A DNA stretch of 64,000 bases from a virus. Lineage: Duplodnaviria; Heunggongvirae; Uroviricota; Caudoviricetes. Location of the stretch: positions 82,078-146,077 of IMG/VR virus record IMGVR_UViG_3300045016_000151; one strand, given 5' to 3'. Both the position numbers and the translations under genes were made by a program. Below the pieces are notes generated by a model. It worked only from the letters and a program-made list of their open reading frames with translations. It had not been told where the DNA came from and made no database searches. This document shows, in pieces, positions 29,912 through 39,461 of the stretch. Position 1 is the first letter of the stretch; each line of letters begins with the position of its first letter.

Positions 29912-30166
29912 TAGCATAGACATAATGACAGACATTATATCTACGTTACGATCTTTGAAAATAGAGTACCAAATATGTTTGAATCAATGTTGCGCATGGT
30001 TTGCCCAGCAATATACATTGTCGTAAAAGGTACAAAGCTATAATAGCTACTCGTGCATACGCATAAAAATATAATTAATGGACTGCGGCTTTAATTGAAG
30101 TATTTTATGCCTGGAAATGAAACGTTCCATTAAGAGTAACCGCAGAGTCACAGCTATTATAGTTAT

Positions 30167-30241
30167 GGGAGATTAGCTCAGCTGGTTTAGAGCGTCGGTC
30201 CTACAAACCGAAGGTCCACGGTTCGATCCCGTGATCTCCCA
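30167..30241 (+). tRNA. tRNA-Val(TAC), C33
   Basis: Cloverleaf, loop CC-TAC-AA. Confidence 0.9.
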
Positions 30242-30246
30242 CACAT

Positions 30247-30729
30247 ATGGAAAAGACAGACAATACAATCACTGTCGATATGCGCAAACATTTTAGCAGG
30301 CGTCTTCGAGAGGCTGCTAATAAAAAACTTGCTTCCATAAAGCAAGAGTACGGCGATCTCGACAAACACATGTACGATTATAAGGATGAACGGGACACGG
30401 CTGCTTTATTACCATTAATCCTAAGCAAAGAAATTACGGTTGCGGATATAGATATATCCAAACTAATCAATCCTTTAAAAGAAGCCATAGATGAAATTTA
30501 TTCTCCAAGTATCGATATCCTCGATCTTTTCGGTTCCACGGCATCGGCAAAAATAAGTAAACAAGGAAAGCAGTTACTACTTAAACATAAGGCGGCATTA
30601 GCTGAATGTGCAAAACGTGAAAATGCCGTCGAGAAGGAAATAGCCCGTATTGAGGATAAATTATTTTTTGGTGGAAGCGGAAAATCATTATTAAAGCTTC
30701 TAAAAGAGTTCATTGCAAAAAAGTTTTAA
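30247..30729 (+). CDS. hypothetical protein
   Basis: ATG 5 nt after tRNA-Val. Confidence 0.65.
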   Translation: MEKTDNTITVDMRKHFSRRLREAANKKLASIKQEYGDLDKHMYDYKDERDTAALLPLILSKEITVADIDISKLINPLKEAIDEIYSPSIDILDLFGSTASAKISKQGKQLLLKHKAALAECAKRENAVEKEIARIEDKLFFGGSGKSLLKLLKEFIAKKF

Positions 30730-30763
30730 ATAACAACCGACAACATCATTGATGTTGTCTTAC

Positions 30764-30837
30764 CGGAGTGTAGCGTAGTTGGCTAACGCACATGCCCTGG
30801 GCGCATGGGATCGCTGGTTCGAGTCCAGTCACTCCGA
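30764..30837 (+). tRNA. tRNA-Pro(TGG), C33
   Basis: Cloverleaf, loop CC-TGG-GC; preceded by perfect hairpin 30739-30759. Confidence 0.85.
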
Positions 30838-30877
30838 CACTATAAATAACTAATGTTAAACAATTTCTTGGTTTAAT

Positions 30878-31720
30878 TTGACAACTTATAAGAAAACCGT
30901 TCATGATTTAGAAAGACGTTTTAAGGTAGCAGAAATTTTTATATCTACATTAAATGCACATAGGTATCATGTCACAAAAGAATTAATTCCGTCGTTATTA
31001 GAGGTTGGAACTTATTTTGAATATTATGGAACAGTTTTGGGACATACATTATTGTTAGGAATATTTCGACACATTAGTGGAGCAGCTACGTATGATGTAG
31101 AATCAGGTGAGGATAATTTTCAATTTAGTCAGGCTAATTTTTTAAGAACGTGTGTTTTTGCAGCTAGATGTTTATACAGGTCAGATCAAAAAATAAATTA
31201 CAGGTACGAAATTCCCGGTATTCCGGAAACTTACTTCTGTCAAACAATTCATTGTTATTCTATAGCAGATATAATAAAGGCGATTGATGATAATCATGCA
31301 TTTAGACGACCACTTTCAGCGGCTGCAAATAAACGTGGTCTTTACACATTAGAAGATCGAAAACGTGTTGCACCTGAATGGTTTGATAAGCATCCTCACG
31401 AAGAATCCGTAATTTTAGCGAAAGAAAAATATGTAAAGACCAAGATGCTTATTATTACTGATACACCAAAAAAAATTATATCAGCACCAGAACTTCTTAT
31501 GGATGCCGAATTATGTGATTCGCTGGAAAGAATATATCCAGATCTTGAATTAATATTAAAATTCACAGGTATTGAATCCCCATTCATACGAAAAGGATTT
31601 GATGCTAAAAAAAGTGAGGACGGAAAATTAATAATCGCTAGCGGAGAAGGATATTTCAATTTTCATGCTGATGAAATGATTCGTGCATTAGTCCAATTAA
31701 AAGAACAGGGGCTGTTTTAA
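30878..31720 (+). CDS. hypothetical protein (280 aa)
   Basis: Long ORF, TTG start. Confidence 0.65.
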   Translation: MTTYKKTVHDLERRFKVAEIFISTLNAHRYHVTKELIPSLLEVGTYFEYYGTVLGHTLLLGIFRHISGAATYDVESGEDNFQFSQANFLRTCVFAARCLYRSDQKINYRYEIPGIPETYFCQTIHCYSIADIIKAIDDNHAFRRPLSAAANKRGLYTLEDRKRVAPEWFDKHPHEESVILAKEKYVKTKMLIITDTPKKIISAPELLMDAELCDSLERIYPDLELILKFTGIESPFIRKGFDAKKSEDGKLIIASGEGYFNFHADEMIRALVQLKEQGLF

Positions 31721-31727
31721 AATTAAA

Positions 31728-31802
31728 CGGAATATGGGCCAATTGGTAGGCCACCAGTTTCGGGAACTGGACATCGTGTGGGTTCAAGCCCCACTATTCC
31801 GA
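31728..31802 (+). tRNA. tRNA-Pro(CGG)
   Basis: Cloverleaf. Confidence 0.85.
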
Positions 31803-31805
31803 CAA

Positions 31806-32018
31806 ATGCCAAAACAATACAAGATATTGACAAGCCGAGGTATACATTTATCGTTTAGAAAAGGCATACTTGCGGGAAATAGGAAATTAAAAATTTACGG
31901 AACATTAGATTGTTATAGCGGCAAACGTATGAAAAAAAAGAATCGAGTATTTTTTCTTACAGAACTAGATGCATTACAATGTAGTTATCGCCCCTGTAAA
32001 ATTTGTATGTATAAATGA
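31806..32018 (+). CDS. Ada metal-binding-domain small protein
   Basis: C.SGKR....NRVFF.....A....YRPC..C. Confidence 0.7.
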   Translation: MPKQYKILTSRGIHLSFRKGILAGNRKLKIYGTLDCYSGKRMKKKNRVFFLTELDALQCSYRPCKICMYK

Positions 32019-32224
32019 ATTATTATAAACAAGTAAAAATACAATATGATGATGGTGCATTTGAAATATGTTGGATACCTGAAGAATTTGCACACAAGCA
32101 TCGCCGAATTATAGTAGATGATAAATATGCTAGAGTATTAATAATCTATATGGACATTCGTTTGACTGAAGATCTTATTGAAATAAATCAAAAATTTCCG
32201 TTACGGAAAGCAACCGATATATGA
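32015..32224 (+). CDS. hypothetical protein
   Basis: ATGA-coupled. Confidence 0.5.
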   Translation: MNYYKQVKIQYDDGAFEICWIPEEFAHKHRRIIVDDKYARVLIIYMDIRLTEDLIEINQKFPLRKATDI

Positions 32225-32829
32225 AACAATATCCAGAAATTCCTAAAGATGTGCCATCTTTTAATGCACACGTGTTCGATAAAATAGATGGTAGTAACTT
32301 ACGTTTTGAATACAGCAAAAAACGTGGTTGGTTTAAATTCGGTACGCGCACAAGATTATTTGACCAATCAGATGACGTATTTGGATCAGCAGTTCCTTTA
32401 TTTCACGAAACGTTGTTATTCCCGCTTACCCAAATTATGATTGATAACCGATTTGAACATGCGGTAGTGTTTGCAGAATTTGCTGGGAAAAGAAGTTTTG
32501 CTGGACAACATGAAAAAGATGATGTGAAGACACTGACGGTGTTTGATGTGGCCTTAGATAAAAAAGGATTCGTATCTCCTAAGATGTTCATAAAATTATT
32601 TGACGGTAAAGTACTGATACCAAAATATCTTGGATATTATCGCTGGAATAAAGAATTTACCACTAAGATCTATTATAATGAAATAGAAGGAATCACTTTT
32701 GAAGGAGTCGTCGGCAAAGATGGGGAGGGGACGCACTACAATATGGCAAAAGCTAAGACATTGCAGTGGTTAAATAAAGTACATGCTTTATATTCAGATA
32801 ATCTAGCAGATAAGATAATAAATAGTTAA
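32221..32829 (+). CDS. ATP-dependent RNA ligase (Rnl2-like adenylyltransferase domain)
   Basis: Motif I KIDGSN, FAEF, VFDV, EGVV, K.K. Confidence 0.7.
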   Translation: MKQYPEIPKDVPSFNAHVFDKIDGSNLRFEYSKKRGWFKFGTRTRLFDQSDDVFGSAVPLFHETLLFPLTQIMIDNRFEHAVVFAEFAGKRSFAGQHEKDDVKTLTVFDVALDKKGFVSPKMFIKLFDGKVLIPKYLGYYRWNKEFTTKIYYNEIEGITFEGVVGKDGEGTHYNMAKAKTLQWLNKVHALYSDNLADKIINS

Positions 32830-33389
32830 TGGAACAACTAATCTGCGGTAAAAACCATAAGAAGATCGGGGTAACTCCTTCGATCGTACTAATTAATCCT
32901 AAATATCCAAGAAACGTTGGCGCAATAATACGTGCTGCATCTTGTTTTGGTATAGCCCAGGTTTGGTACACCGGCAATCGTGTATCAATGACACCAACAA
33001 AAGATTATCGTTTACCAAGAGAAGAACGGATGAAGGGTTATAAAGAAGTTACACTCACACAATTTGATTATCCGTTTGATATGTTTGAAAAAGCAATTCC
33101 TATTGCAATTGAAGTGCGAGAAAACTCTGAAAACTTATTAGACTTTGAACATCCATATAATGCAGTGTATGTTTTTGGTCCAGAAGATGGTGGTATTGAA
33201 CGAGTACATATGCAACACTGCCATCGAATTGTCACTATACCCACGAAACATTGCACAAACTTGGCAGCGGCTGTTTATCTTACTTTATATGATAGATATG
33301 CCAAACGAGTACGTGCAGGAAAAGATCAAATATTCAATATAGGAAAAAATGAACAACGAGGTTATGAAGAAGGGGCTGAATTTGGATGA
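32829..33389 (+). CDS. SpoU/TrmH-family RNA methyltransferase
   Basis: NPKYPRNVGAIIR, VFGPEDGGI, TNLAAAV SPOUT motifs. Confidence 0.85.
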   Translation: MEQLICGKNHKKIGVTPSIVLINPKYPRNVGAIIRAASCFGIAQVWYTGNRVSMTPTKDYRLPREERMKGYKEVTLTQFDYPFDMFEKAIPIAIEVRENSENLLDFEHPYNAVYVFGPEDGGIERVHMQHCHRIVTIPTKHCTNLAAAVYLTLYDRYAKRVRAGKDQIFNIGKNEQRGYEEGAEFG

Positions 33390-33871
33390 TACCAAAAGAA
33401 ATTGAATATAAATTTTTGTTCTTTGATGAGAATGTTGTGCTTCCACAGCTGGCTCAAGCTAGTAAATCAATAAAATTAATGCAGGGTTATACAATAGATG
33501 GGATTAGGTTTACTCAACGAGTACATGAAGATAATACAAAAGATTATAAAATAAATTATAAATTAGGAATGGGTGTAGTTCGGGACGAAGCACAATGTCA
33601 AATAGATGAAAATGTGTTTATTGCAATTTGGCCCTTAACAATTGGTCGACGTGTTTACAAAACACGTTATCACTTTCCACTGGAATCTGGTCTTATATTA
33701 GAATTAGATGTATATCAACATTCGAGGAAATGGCCATTGATCACTGGAGAAATAGAGTTTGCTACGGAAGAGGAAGCAGATAATTACTCAGACACTGAAT
33801 TGGGGCGCTTCGGCAGTTTTTTATATGTAACTGGCGACTCTGAGTATCTGAATATAAACTTAGCCTGTTAA
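33386..33871 (+). CDS. CYTH-domain protein
   Basis: EIEYK, KTRY, ELDVY, EIEF. Confidence 0.8.
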   Translation: MIPKEIEYKFLFFDENVVLPQLAQASKSIKLMQGYTIDGIRFTQRVHEDNTKDYKINYKLGMGVVRDEAQCQIDENVFIAIWPLTIGRRVYKTRYHFPLESGLILELDVYQHSRKWPLITGEIEFATEEEADNYSDTELGRFGSFLYVTGDSEYLNINLAC

Positions 33872-33879
33872 TAAATTAT

Positions 33880-33953
33880 GCTCTCGTACATCAATTGGAC
33901 AGAGCTGCGCCTTCTAAGCGTGAGCGTTGCGAGTTCGAGTCTCGCCGAGAGTA
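33880..33953 (+). tRNA. tRNA-Arg(TCT)
   Basis: Cloverleaf. Confidence 0.85.
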
Positions 33954-33996
33954 CAAGATGCCCCTTAGCGTATTTTCATTCATAAGGAGAAAATAT

Positions 33997-34449
33997 ATGC
34001 TACCTATTTTAAAAAGAGACTTTGCCTCTGATATAGAATATTGGCTTAATGATATTAGAAAAGCCTTTGAGGAGGCAGCAAATTTGGAACTATGTTTTGA
34101 ACCTATTGGTCGAGCATTTCCAAAAGTAAACATTTCCGAAACAGACAAGGAATTTGTCATAGAAGCGGCTTTGCCTGGTTATGGAAAAGATCAAATTAAA
34201 TTAGAAGTTACAAATGATAAAGGAAGAAAGTTTCTTACTGTAAAAGGTGAGAAATCTGGGAAGGCTTCTAAGAAAGATACACGTTATCTTGCTCAAGAAG
34301 TACATTTTTCCTCGTTTCATCGTTCCTGGGCGCTTCCAGCCGATGTAGATGTAGATGCCATCAAAACTAATATGGATAGTGGAGTTCTTACTATCGAACT
34401 TCCAAAAACAAGTCCAAGCATCGACAAAAAAGAAATAACTATTAGCTAA
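33997..34449 (+). CDS. Hsp20 small heat-shock protein
   Basis: P.VNI.ET, LPG, F.RS..LP..VD, GVLTI.LPK. Confidence 0.9.
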   Translation: MLPILKRDFASDIEYWLNDIRKAFEEAANLELCFEPIGRAFPKVNISETDKEFVIEAALPGYGKDQIKLEVTNDKGRKFLTVKGEKSGKASKKDTRYLAQEVHFSSFHRSWALPADVDVDAIKTNMDSGVLTIELPKTSPSIDKKEITIS

Positions 34450-34472
34450 CTACGCTCAAGGGGCATCACTTT

Positions 34473-35084
34473 ATGACAATACATATAATTGGTGATATAC
34501 ATGGATTATACACAGAAATATATTTGCCTATGATCAAGAAGATTGATGGACCTTCAATTCAATTAGGCGATATGGCCCATGGATTCCCAAATACATTTTT
34601 ACCTGAGTTGCCGTCTCAACATAAATTTATCCGCGGTAATCATGATAATCCAGAACTATGTAAAACACATCCTAATTATCTTGGAGAATTTGGATATATC
34701 GAAGAATGGGATATATTCTATCTAGGGGGTGGTTGGTCGACAGATTGGGACAGTAGAATTCCTGGTGTATCTTGGTGGTATGATGAGGAACTGTCAATGC
34801 GACAATGTTATGAAGCCTTAAAATTATACGAGGTGTCAAAACCACGAATAGTGCTTTCACATGATTGTCCGGAAATAGCAAAGATAAGTATGCTGATATA
34901 TTTATACGGAAAACATGCGTATAATCAACCTTCCAGAACAAATCAATTATTGCAAGCCATGTTTGAACTTCATAATCCATCTTATTGGTGTTTCGGTCAT
35001 TTCCATCATACACGAAAATTTATAATTCACAAAACTGCCTTTCAGTGTTTAGGAAAGGCACAATACACAACAATAGAGGTTTAA
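34473..35084 (+). CDS. calcineurin-like metallophosphoesterase
   Basis: GDIHG, LGD, RGNHD, SHDCP, FGHFH. Confidence 0.85.
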   Translation: MTIHIIGDIHGLYTEIYLPMIKKIDGPSIQLGDMAHGFPNTFLPELPSQHKFIRGNHDNPELCKTHPNYLGEFGYIEEWDIFYLGGGWSTDWDSRIPGVSWWYDEELSMRQCYEALKLYEVSKPRIVLSHDCPEIAKISMLIYLYGKHAYNQPSRTNQLLQAMFELHNPSYWCFGHFHHTRKFIIHKTAFQCLGKAQYTTIEV

Positions 35085-35086
35085 CA

Positions 35087-35803
35087 ATGCACGAACTAGT
35101 AAAAAAGGCACGAAGCTTTGCAGAGAAACGACATGCAGGACATAAATATGGTACATTGCCAGTGGATATTATAGTACATCTTGATAACGTTTATCATGTT
35201 TTAATGGAATTTGGCGAAACCGACCCATCGATGTTAGCGGCAGGATTCTTACATGATATATTAGAAGACACAAAAACTTCGCAAGAGGAACTGCAAGAAG
35301 AATTTGGTATGATAACTACTGCATTGGTTTTAGCGGTTACTGATGGAGAAGGTAAGAATCGTAAGGAACGCAAAGAAGCAATGTACAATAAAACGGCGGG
35401 TCATTTGCGATTCACACGTTTAAAATTAGCTGACCGTATAGCAAACATGCGGTATTCCAAGGCTGAAAAGTCTCCGCAGCTGACAATGTATATGAAGGAG
35501 TATCCAGAATTTAAAGCTCGCTTATTCTTTGCGAACGATGGTAACGAAAAAATGTGGGAAACATTAGACGCTTTAATGAAAAGTGTGATTCCACGGACAT
35601 TCAAATTGAGTCGTGAAAAAGATGTTAGCGGTGTTTCTGGAAAAGGTATAGTAGGAGAAGGAGTTATATTTACAAACGGTAAATGCGTAGTAACATGGTA
35701 TGGAAAAATAGCATCAGTCACTGTTTATAACACATTCGAGGATTGTGAGCAAATACATGGACACGAAGGAGCAACAAAATTTGTATTCGATAACAAGTTT
35801 TAA
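35087..35803 (+). CDS. HD-domain (p)ppGpp-hydrolase-like protein with extra C-terminal domain
   Basis: H...K.G..P...H, AGFLHDILEDT, KLADRIAN; then DVSGVSG.G.V.EGV domain. Confidence 0.75.
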   Translation: MHELVKKARSFAEKRHAGHKYGTLPVDIIVHLDNVYHVLMEFGETDPSMLAAGFLHDILEDTKTSQEELQEEFGMITTALVLAVTDGEGKNRKERKEAMYNKTAGHLRFTRLKLADRIANMRYSKAEKSPQLTMYMKEYPEFKARLFFANDGNEKMWETLDALMKSVIPRTFKLSREKDVSGVSGKGIVGEGVIFTNGKCVVTWYGKIASVTVYNTFEDCEQIHGHEGATKFVFDNKF

Positions 35804-36233
35804 GGACGAGTGGGAATTCTTATCAAATTTCTATCCAGCCCCCATCACATATGATGGCGCTGAATATCCTACGGTTGAACATGCTTTTCAGGCGGCCAAA
35901 ACATTGAATCCTGCGCAGCGCGAAGAAATTCGAGTTGCACCGACTCCGGGTAAAGCAAAACAGTTAGGACGAATAGTTGATCGTCGTCCTGATTGGGAAC
36001 TTATAAAACAAACTGTTATGGCCCAGTTGTTGGCGGCCAAGTTCACTAATTACCCCGAATTACGAAAAAAGTTAATAGCGACGGGTAATCTTTTTCTTGA
36101 AGAAGGTAATACTTGGCATGATAATTACTGGGGAGCATGTACGTGTGATTACTGCAAAACTCAATACAAGTATAATATTCTGGGTACGTTATTAATGACA
36201 ACTAGAGTATTTTTGCAATTGGATTTGGCATGA
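35757..36233 (+). CDS. NADAR (YbiA/DUF1768) family protein
   Basis: FLSNFY, TVEH.FQAAK, AK.LGR, KF, D.YWG, N.LG.LLM. Confidence 0.88.
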   Translation: MDTKEQQNLYSITSFKDEWEFLSNFYPAPITYDGAEYPTVEHAFQAAKTLNPAQREEIRVAPTPGKAKQLGRIVDRRPDWELIKQTVMAQLLAAKFTNYPELRKKLIATGNLFLEEGNTWHDNYWGACTCDYCKTQYKYNILGTLLMTTRVFLQLDLA

Positions 36234-36255
36234 AAGGATTGTGAATAATATTAAA

Positions 36256-36329
36256 CGGCATCTAGCTCAACTGGTTAGAGCATTGGTCTGATAAGCCAAA
36301 GGTTCTGGGTTCAACCCCCAGGGTGCCGA
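36256..36329 (+). tRNA. tRNA-Ile(GAT)
   Basis: Cloverleaf. Confidence 0.9.
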
Positions 36330-36331
36330 CG

Positions 36332-36550
36332 ATGAAAGCAAAAATCACATGGAGTATGGACGTTTATAAAGATCTCGACAAATTTGTAGACAGGTCCGCA
36401 AAAAATATTACGGACGAAATAGACAAAGCCTTTGTTAACATAATTACACGAGAATATTACAAAACAAATCCATTAGTATTTAAATTAAGTTACAGAACAA
36501 CCTCTTTACAAGAATTCTTGAAAAGCAGCACTCGTAGCAAAACTGGATAA
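36332..36550 (+). CDS. hypothetical protein; stop inside tRNA-Lys
   Basis: ATG 2 nt after tRNA-Ile. Confidence 0.5.
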   Translation: MKAKITWSMDVYKDLDKFVDRSAKNITDEIDKAFVNIITREYYKTNPLVFKLSYRTTSLQEFLKSSTRSKTG

Positions 36551-36601
36551 TGCAGCGGACTTTTAATCCGTTAGGTGGAGGTTCGAGTCCTCTCGGGTGC
36601 A
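36528..36601 (+). tRNA. tRNA-Lys(TTT)
   Basis: Cloverleaf. Confidence 0.9.
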
Positions 36602-36610
36602 CAAATTATT

Positions 36611-36736
36611 ACGGCGACAAAGGAGCGAGATAGAGTGCCGAAGGTCTGAAGTGGGTGAAAGGTAACGCAAGCAGACTGCTCAAAGCTCATAAGGGATAAT
36701 GACTTTCACTACCCCCGATCCATATTTGAGCGCCGT
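36611..36736 (+). ncRNA. unclassified structured RNA candidate
   Basis: ACGGCG/CGCCGT closing stem; GTCTG/CAGAC; GCTCA/TGAGC; loop-loop GTGAAAG/CTTTCAC. Confidence 0.5.
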
Positions 36737-36751
36737 AATAAATTATAAATT

Positions 36752-36994
36752 ATGCTAGAACAATATAAACAAGAGGTGCGCAAGTATTTAACTTGGTGCT
36801 ATAATTTAAAAGTTTCATATGGCTGGAATCCAGCATCAAAACTTGAATTCGATCAGTTCGAATTAAGTCCAAGAGATTATTTAATACTCCTTGAAAAAAA
36901 TGCTTATCTAAAAGGTATGGAAGCATTATTGAATCTTAATAACATAGATATTAAAAAAATATATGCAGAAGTAGAATTATCCGGGGGATGGTGA
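36752..36994 (+). CDS. hypothetical protein; stop inside tRNA-Leu
   Basis: ORF. Confidence 0.5.
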   Translation: MLEQYKQEVRKYLTWCYNLKVSYGWNPASKLEFDQFELSPRDYLILLEKNAYLKGMEALLNLNNIDIKKIYAEVELSGGW

Positions 36995-37062
36995 AATTGG
37001 CAGCCACATGGTCCTTAAAAGGCCACGCGAACAGCATGAGGGTTCGAATCCCTCTCTCCCGA
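36982..37062 (+). tRNA. tRNA-Leu(TAA)
   Basis: Class II cloverleaf. Confidence 0.9.
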
Positions 37063-37125
37063 CTATTAGGAGTTGCACAATAAGTGCACCTAATGCAACA
37101 AAACAACATAAAGGATCAAAGCAAC

Positions 37126-37332
37126 ATGGAACAAGGCACAGTCAAGTGGTTCAATAATGCCAAAGGTTATGGTTTCATAACCCGTGCCACCGGTGAAGAT
37201 GTTTTTGTACATTACAAGGCAATCACGGGTGATGGTTATAAATCACTAAAAGACGGCGAAGCGGTTAATTTCGACGTCGAGCAAGGAGAGAAAGGTCTCC
37301 AAGCGAAAAATGTTACAAAAGCAACTTCGTAA
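37126..37332 (+). CDS. cspA: cold-shock protein
   Basis: [27 protein letters not shown]. Confidence 0.95.
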   Translation: MEQGTVKWFNNAKGYGFITRATGEDVFVHYKAITGDGYKSLKDGEAVNFDVEQGEKGLQAKNVTKATS

Positions 37333-37356
37333 CGACTGGTGGGAGTAATCCCACCT

Positions 37357-37437
37357 CGTCTCTTGGTGGAATTGGTAGACACAACGCGTCCAGAACGCGT
37401 CGCGAATAGCATGAGAGTTCGAGTCTCTCAGAGACGA
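37357..37437 (+). tRNA. tRNA-Leu(CAG), C33
   Basis: Class II cloverleaf, loop TC-CAG-AA; hairpin 37338-37355 directly upstream. Confidence 0.85.
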
Positions 37438-37439
37438 CT

Positions 37440-37883
37440 ATGGAATGGTCTAAATATTTTTTTGATTTAGTAACTGTTATTAAAACAAAGTCCAAGGATC
37501 CCTCTACAAAGGTTGGATGTGTTATAGTTGGGCCGTATAATGAAATTATATCTACGGGTTTTAATGGTATTCCTAGATTAGTAAATGAATCTCCAGAACG
37601 ATTCGAACGCCCGGCTAAGTATATGTACACAGAACACGCCGAAAGGAATGCAATTTACTTAGCAGCACGTCGTGGCGTATCTCTAGATGGTGCACGTATT
37701 TACTTAAGTTGGTATCCATGTGCAGAATGTGCCAGAGCTATAATTCAATCAGGTATCTGTGAAGTTTATATCGATAATACACGATGTGAAGATAACCCCG
37801 AAGCTAACGAGCGTTGGGGCGAAAATTTTAAAGCGGCGTTAATAATGTTGAATGAAGCAAAAATACCGATTTATGTTATATAG
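37440..37883 (+). CDS. dCMP deaminase
   Basis: SKDPSTKVG, HAERNA, PCAEC. Confidence 0.92.
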   Translation: MEWSKYFFDLVTVIKTKSKDPSTKVGCVIVGPYNEIISTGFNGIPRLVNESPERFERPAKYMYTEHAERNAIYLAARRGVSLDGARIYLSWYPCAECARAIIQSGICEVYIDNTRCEDNPEANERWGENFKAALIMLNEAKIPIYVI

Positions 37884-37889
37884 TGTTAA

Positions 37890-37969
37890 GGCCTTGTGGT
37901 GAAACTGGCAGACACAACAGATTCAAGATCTGTCGCGAAAGCATAAGAGTTCGAGTCTCTTCAAGGTCA
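37890..37969 (+). tRNA. tRNA-Leu(CAA)
   Basis: Class II cloverleaf. Confidence 0.9.
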
Positions 37970-37971
37970 CT

Positions 37972-38157
37972 ATGAAACAAATAAATCTAAAACCAAAATG
38001 GTTAAATAAGTATTCGCAAACTCCTTTACATAAAAAACTCTATGGCGAAGAAAAACAATATGACCATATGATAATTTGTAGTGCAGACCGTCGAAAACCA
38101 ATAGGGTGTGATCTCTGTATATGTCTAAAATTTTTAAGAAAGGATGTAAAATGTTAG
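37972..38157 (+). CDS. hypothetical protein
   Basis: ATG 2 nt after tRNA. Confidence 0.5.
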   Translation: MKQINLKPKWLNKYSQTPLHKKLYGEEKQYDHMIICSADRRKPIGCDLCICLKFLRKDVKC

Positions 38158-38286
38158 AACTATTACAATTCATTATGTCAGATTTTTGGATATGGTTAGG
38201 TACTTGTTTATTAATATTAGCTATAGGTGTTGCTATAAATAATATAATTGTCGGTTTTAAAGGCAAATGTGTAAATTGGAATTTCT

Positions 38287-38366
38287 AGCCTCTTGGCGTA
38301 ATTGGCAGCCGCGTACGGCTTAGGACCGTATTCTTCGGAGTAAGGGTTCGAGTCCCTTAGAGGCTA
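38287..38366 (+). tRNA. tRNA-Leu(TAG)
   Basis: Class II cloverleaf. Confidence 0.9.
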
Positions 38367-38370
38367 CACT

Positions 38371-38853
38371 ATGAAAAAAATAAAAAATATATGGCCAGAG
38401 ACTAAAGGCATGTCCTGGCGAGGTAAATTATATGAATGGTGGTACTGGTTTATTGCTTGGAGACACCCCCATAATATACTGATTTTAAATCGACCACCAA
38501 CATGGTGCGATAAGGACGAACTTATTCGTTTAGCAGTATTTGAATATCTCGTACGTTTCATTGAGGATGAGTTTGCAATGAATCGTGTTGATTGGGACAG
38601 TGATCCAAAACATCAAGAAGCTGCAAAGGCTTTATTAAAAGCATATAAATGGATAAAAGAGGAACGTCCCAAAGCAGTAGAAAAATACGAGACATTACTA
38701 CACAATGTTTTTGGCAGTATTTCGTGGGAGGAACTAGATAAAATAAGCAAAAAAGATGCAGAATCTGTGCATAAAGCAGAAAGATTTTATGAAGCTAAAG
38801 ACCAAGAAATTTTACATTTAATAATTCAATATCGATCTTACATGTGGACATAA
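38371..38853 (+). CDS. hypothetical protein
   Basis: ATG 4 nt after tRNA. Confidence 0.65.
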   Translation: MKKIKNIWPETKGMSWRGKLYEWWYWFIAWRHPHNILILNRPPTWCDKDELIRLAVFEYLVRFIEDEFAMNRVDWDSDPKHQEAAKALLKAYKWIKEERPKAVEKYETLLHNVFGSISWEELDKISKKDAESVHKAERFYEAKDQEILHLIIQYRSYMWT

Positions 38854-39008
38854 TATGAACCAATCAATAGATACCTACGGATGTTTTGATATGGATTTTA
38901 ATTCACTCGAAATATCTAATAAACAAATTATAACCGGTGTGATAATCGGCGTGACACTTTTAGGGTTAGGTATATTCCTTTATTATAAGTCACACAAATG
39001 AATATATG

Positions 39009-39080
39009 GCCGGAGTAACTCAGCGGTAGAGTACCTGCATGGTAAGCAGGAGGTCATGGGTTCAAGTCCCATCTCTGGCT
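39009..39080 (+). tRNA. tRNA-Thr(GGT)
   Basis: Cloverleaf, loop AT-GGT-AA. Confidence 0.88.
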
Positions 39081-39143
39081 CATGAAAAAAATAAGTTTCA
39101 TATATACCAACTAATTCCAATCATATAGTAATAAGGAAATCTA

Positions 39144-39347
39144 ATGATACGTGTTGATTTACGTTTACCTGCTGGTAATGGCAGAGCTGTACTACATCAG
39201 TGTTTGCTTCCTGATACATGGGCGGTATTAGGTAAATTTATTGATATAGAACTTGGTGGAGAAGTTAGGCATGTTGAAATATATAATATACATCAAGCCC
39301 TAGAAAAGTTTAAAGATAATAATGGAATATTAATTCCAGATAATTAA
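39144..39347 (+). CDS. hypothetical protein
   Basis: AAGGA SD. Confidence 0.55.
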   Translation: MIRVDLRLPAGNGRAVLHQCLLPDTWAVLGKFIDIELGGEVRHVEIYNIHQALEKFKDNNGILIPDN

Positions 39348-39420
39348 GCATCCGTAACTTAATTGGTAGAGTGCCGGTCTCTTAAACCGGAAGTTACAGG
39401 TTCAAGTCCTGTCGGATGCA
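39348..39420 (+). tRNA. tRNA-Lys(CTT)
   Basis: Cloverleaf. Confidence 0.9.
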
Positions 39421-39461
39421 CCTAACTCACAATTTTCAAAAAATATAAAAGGAATAACTCA

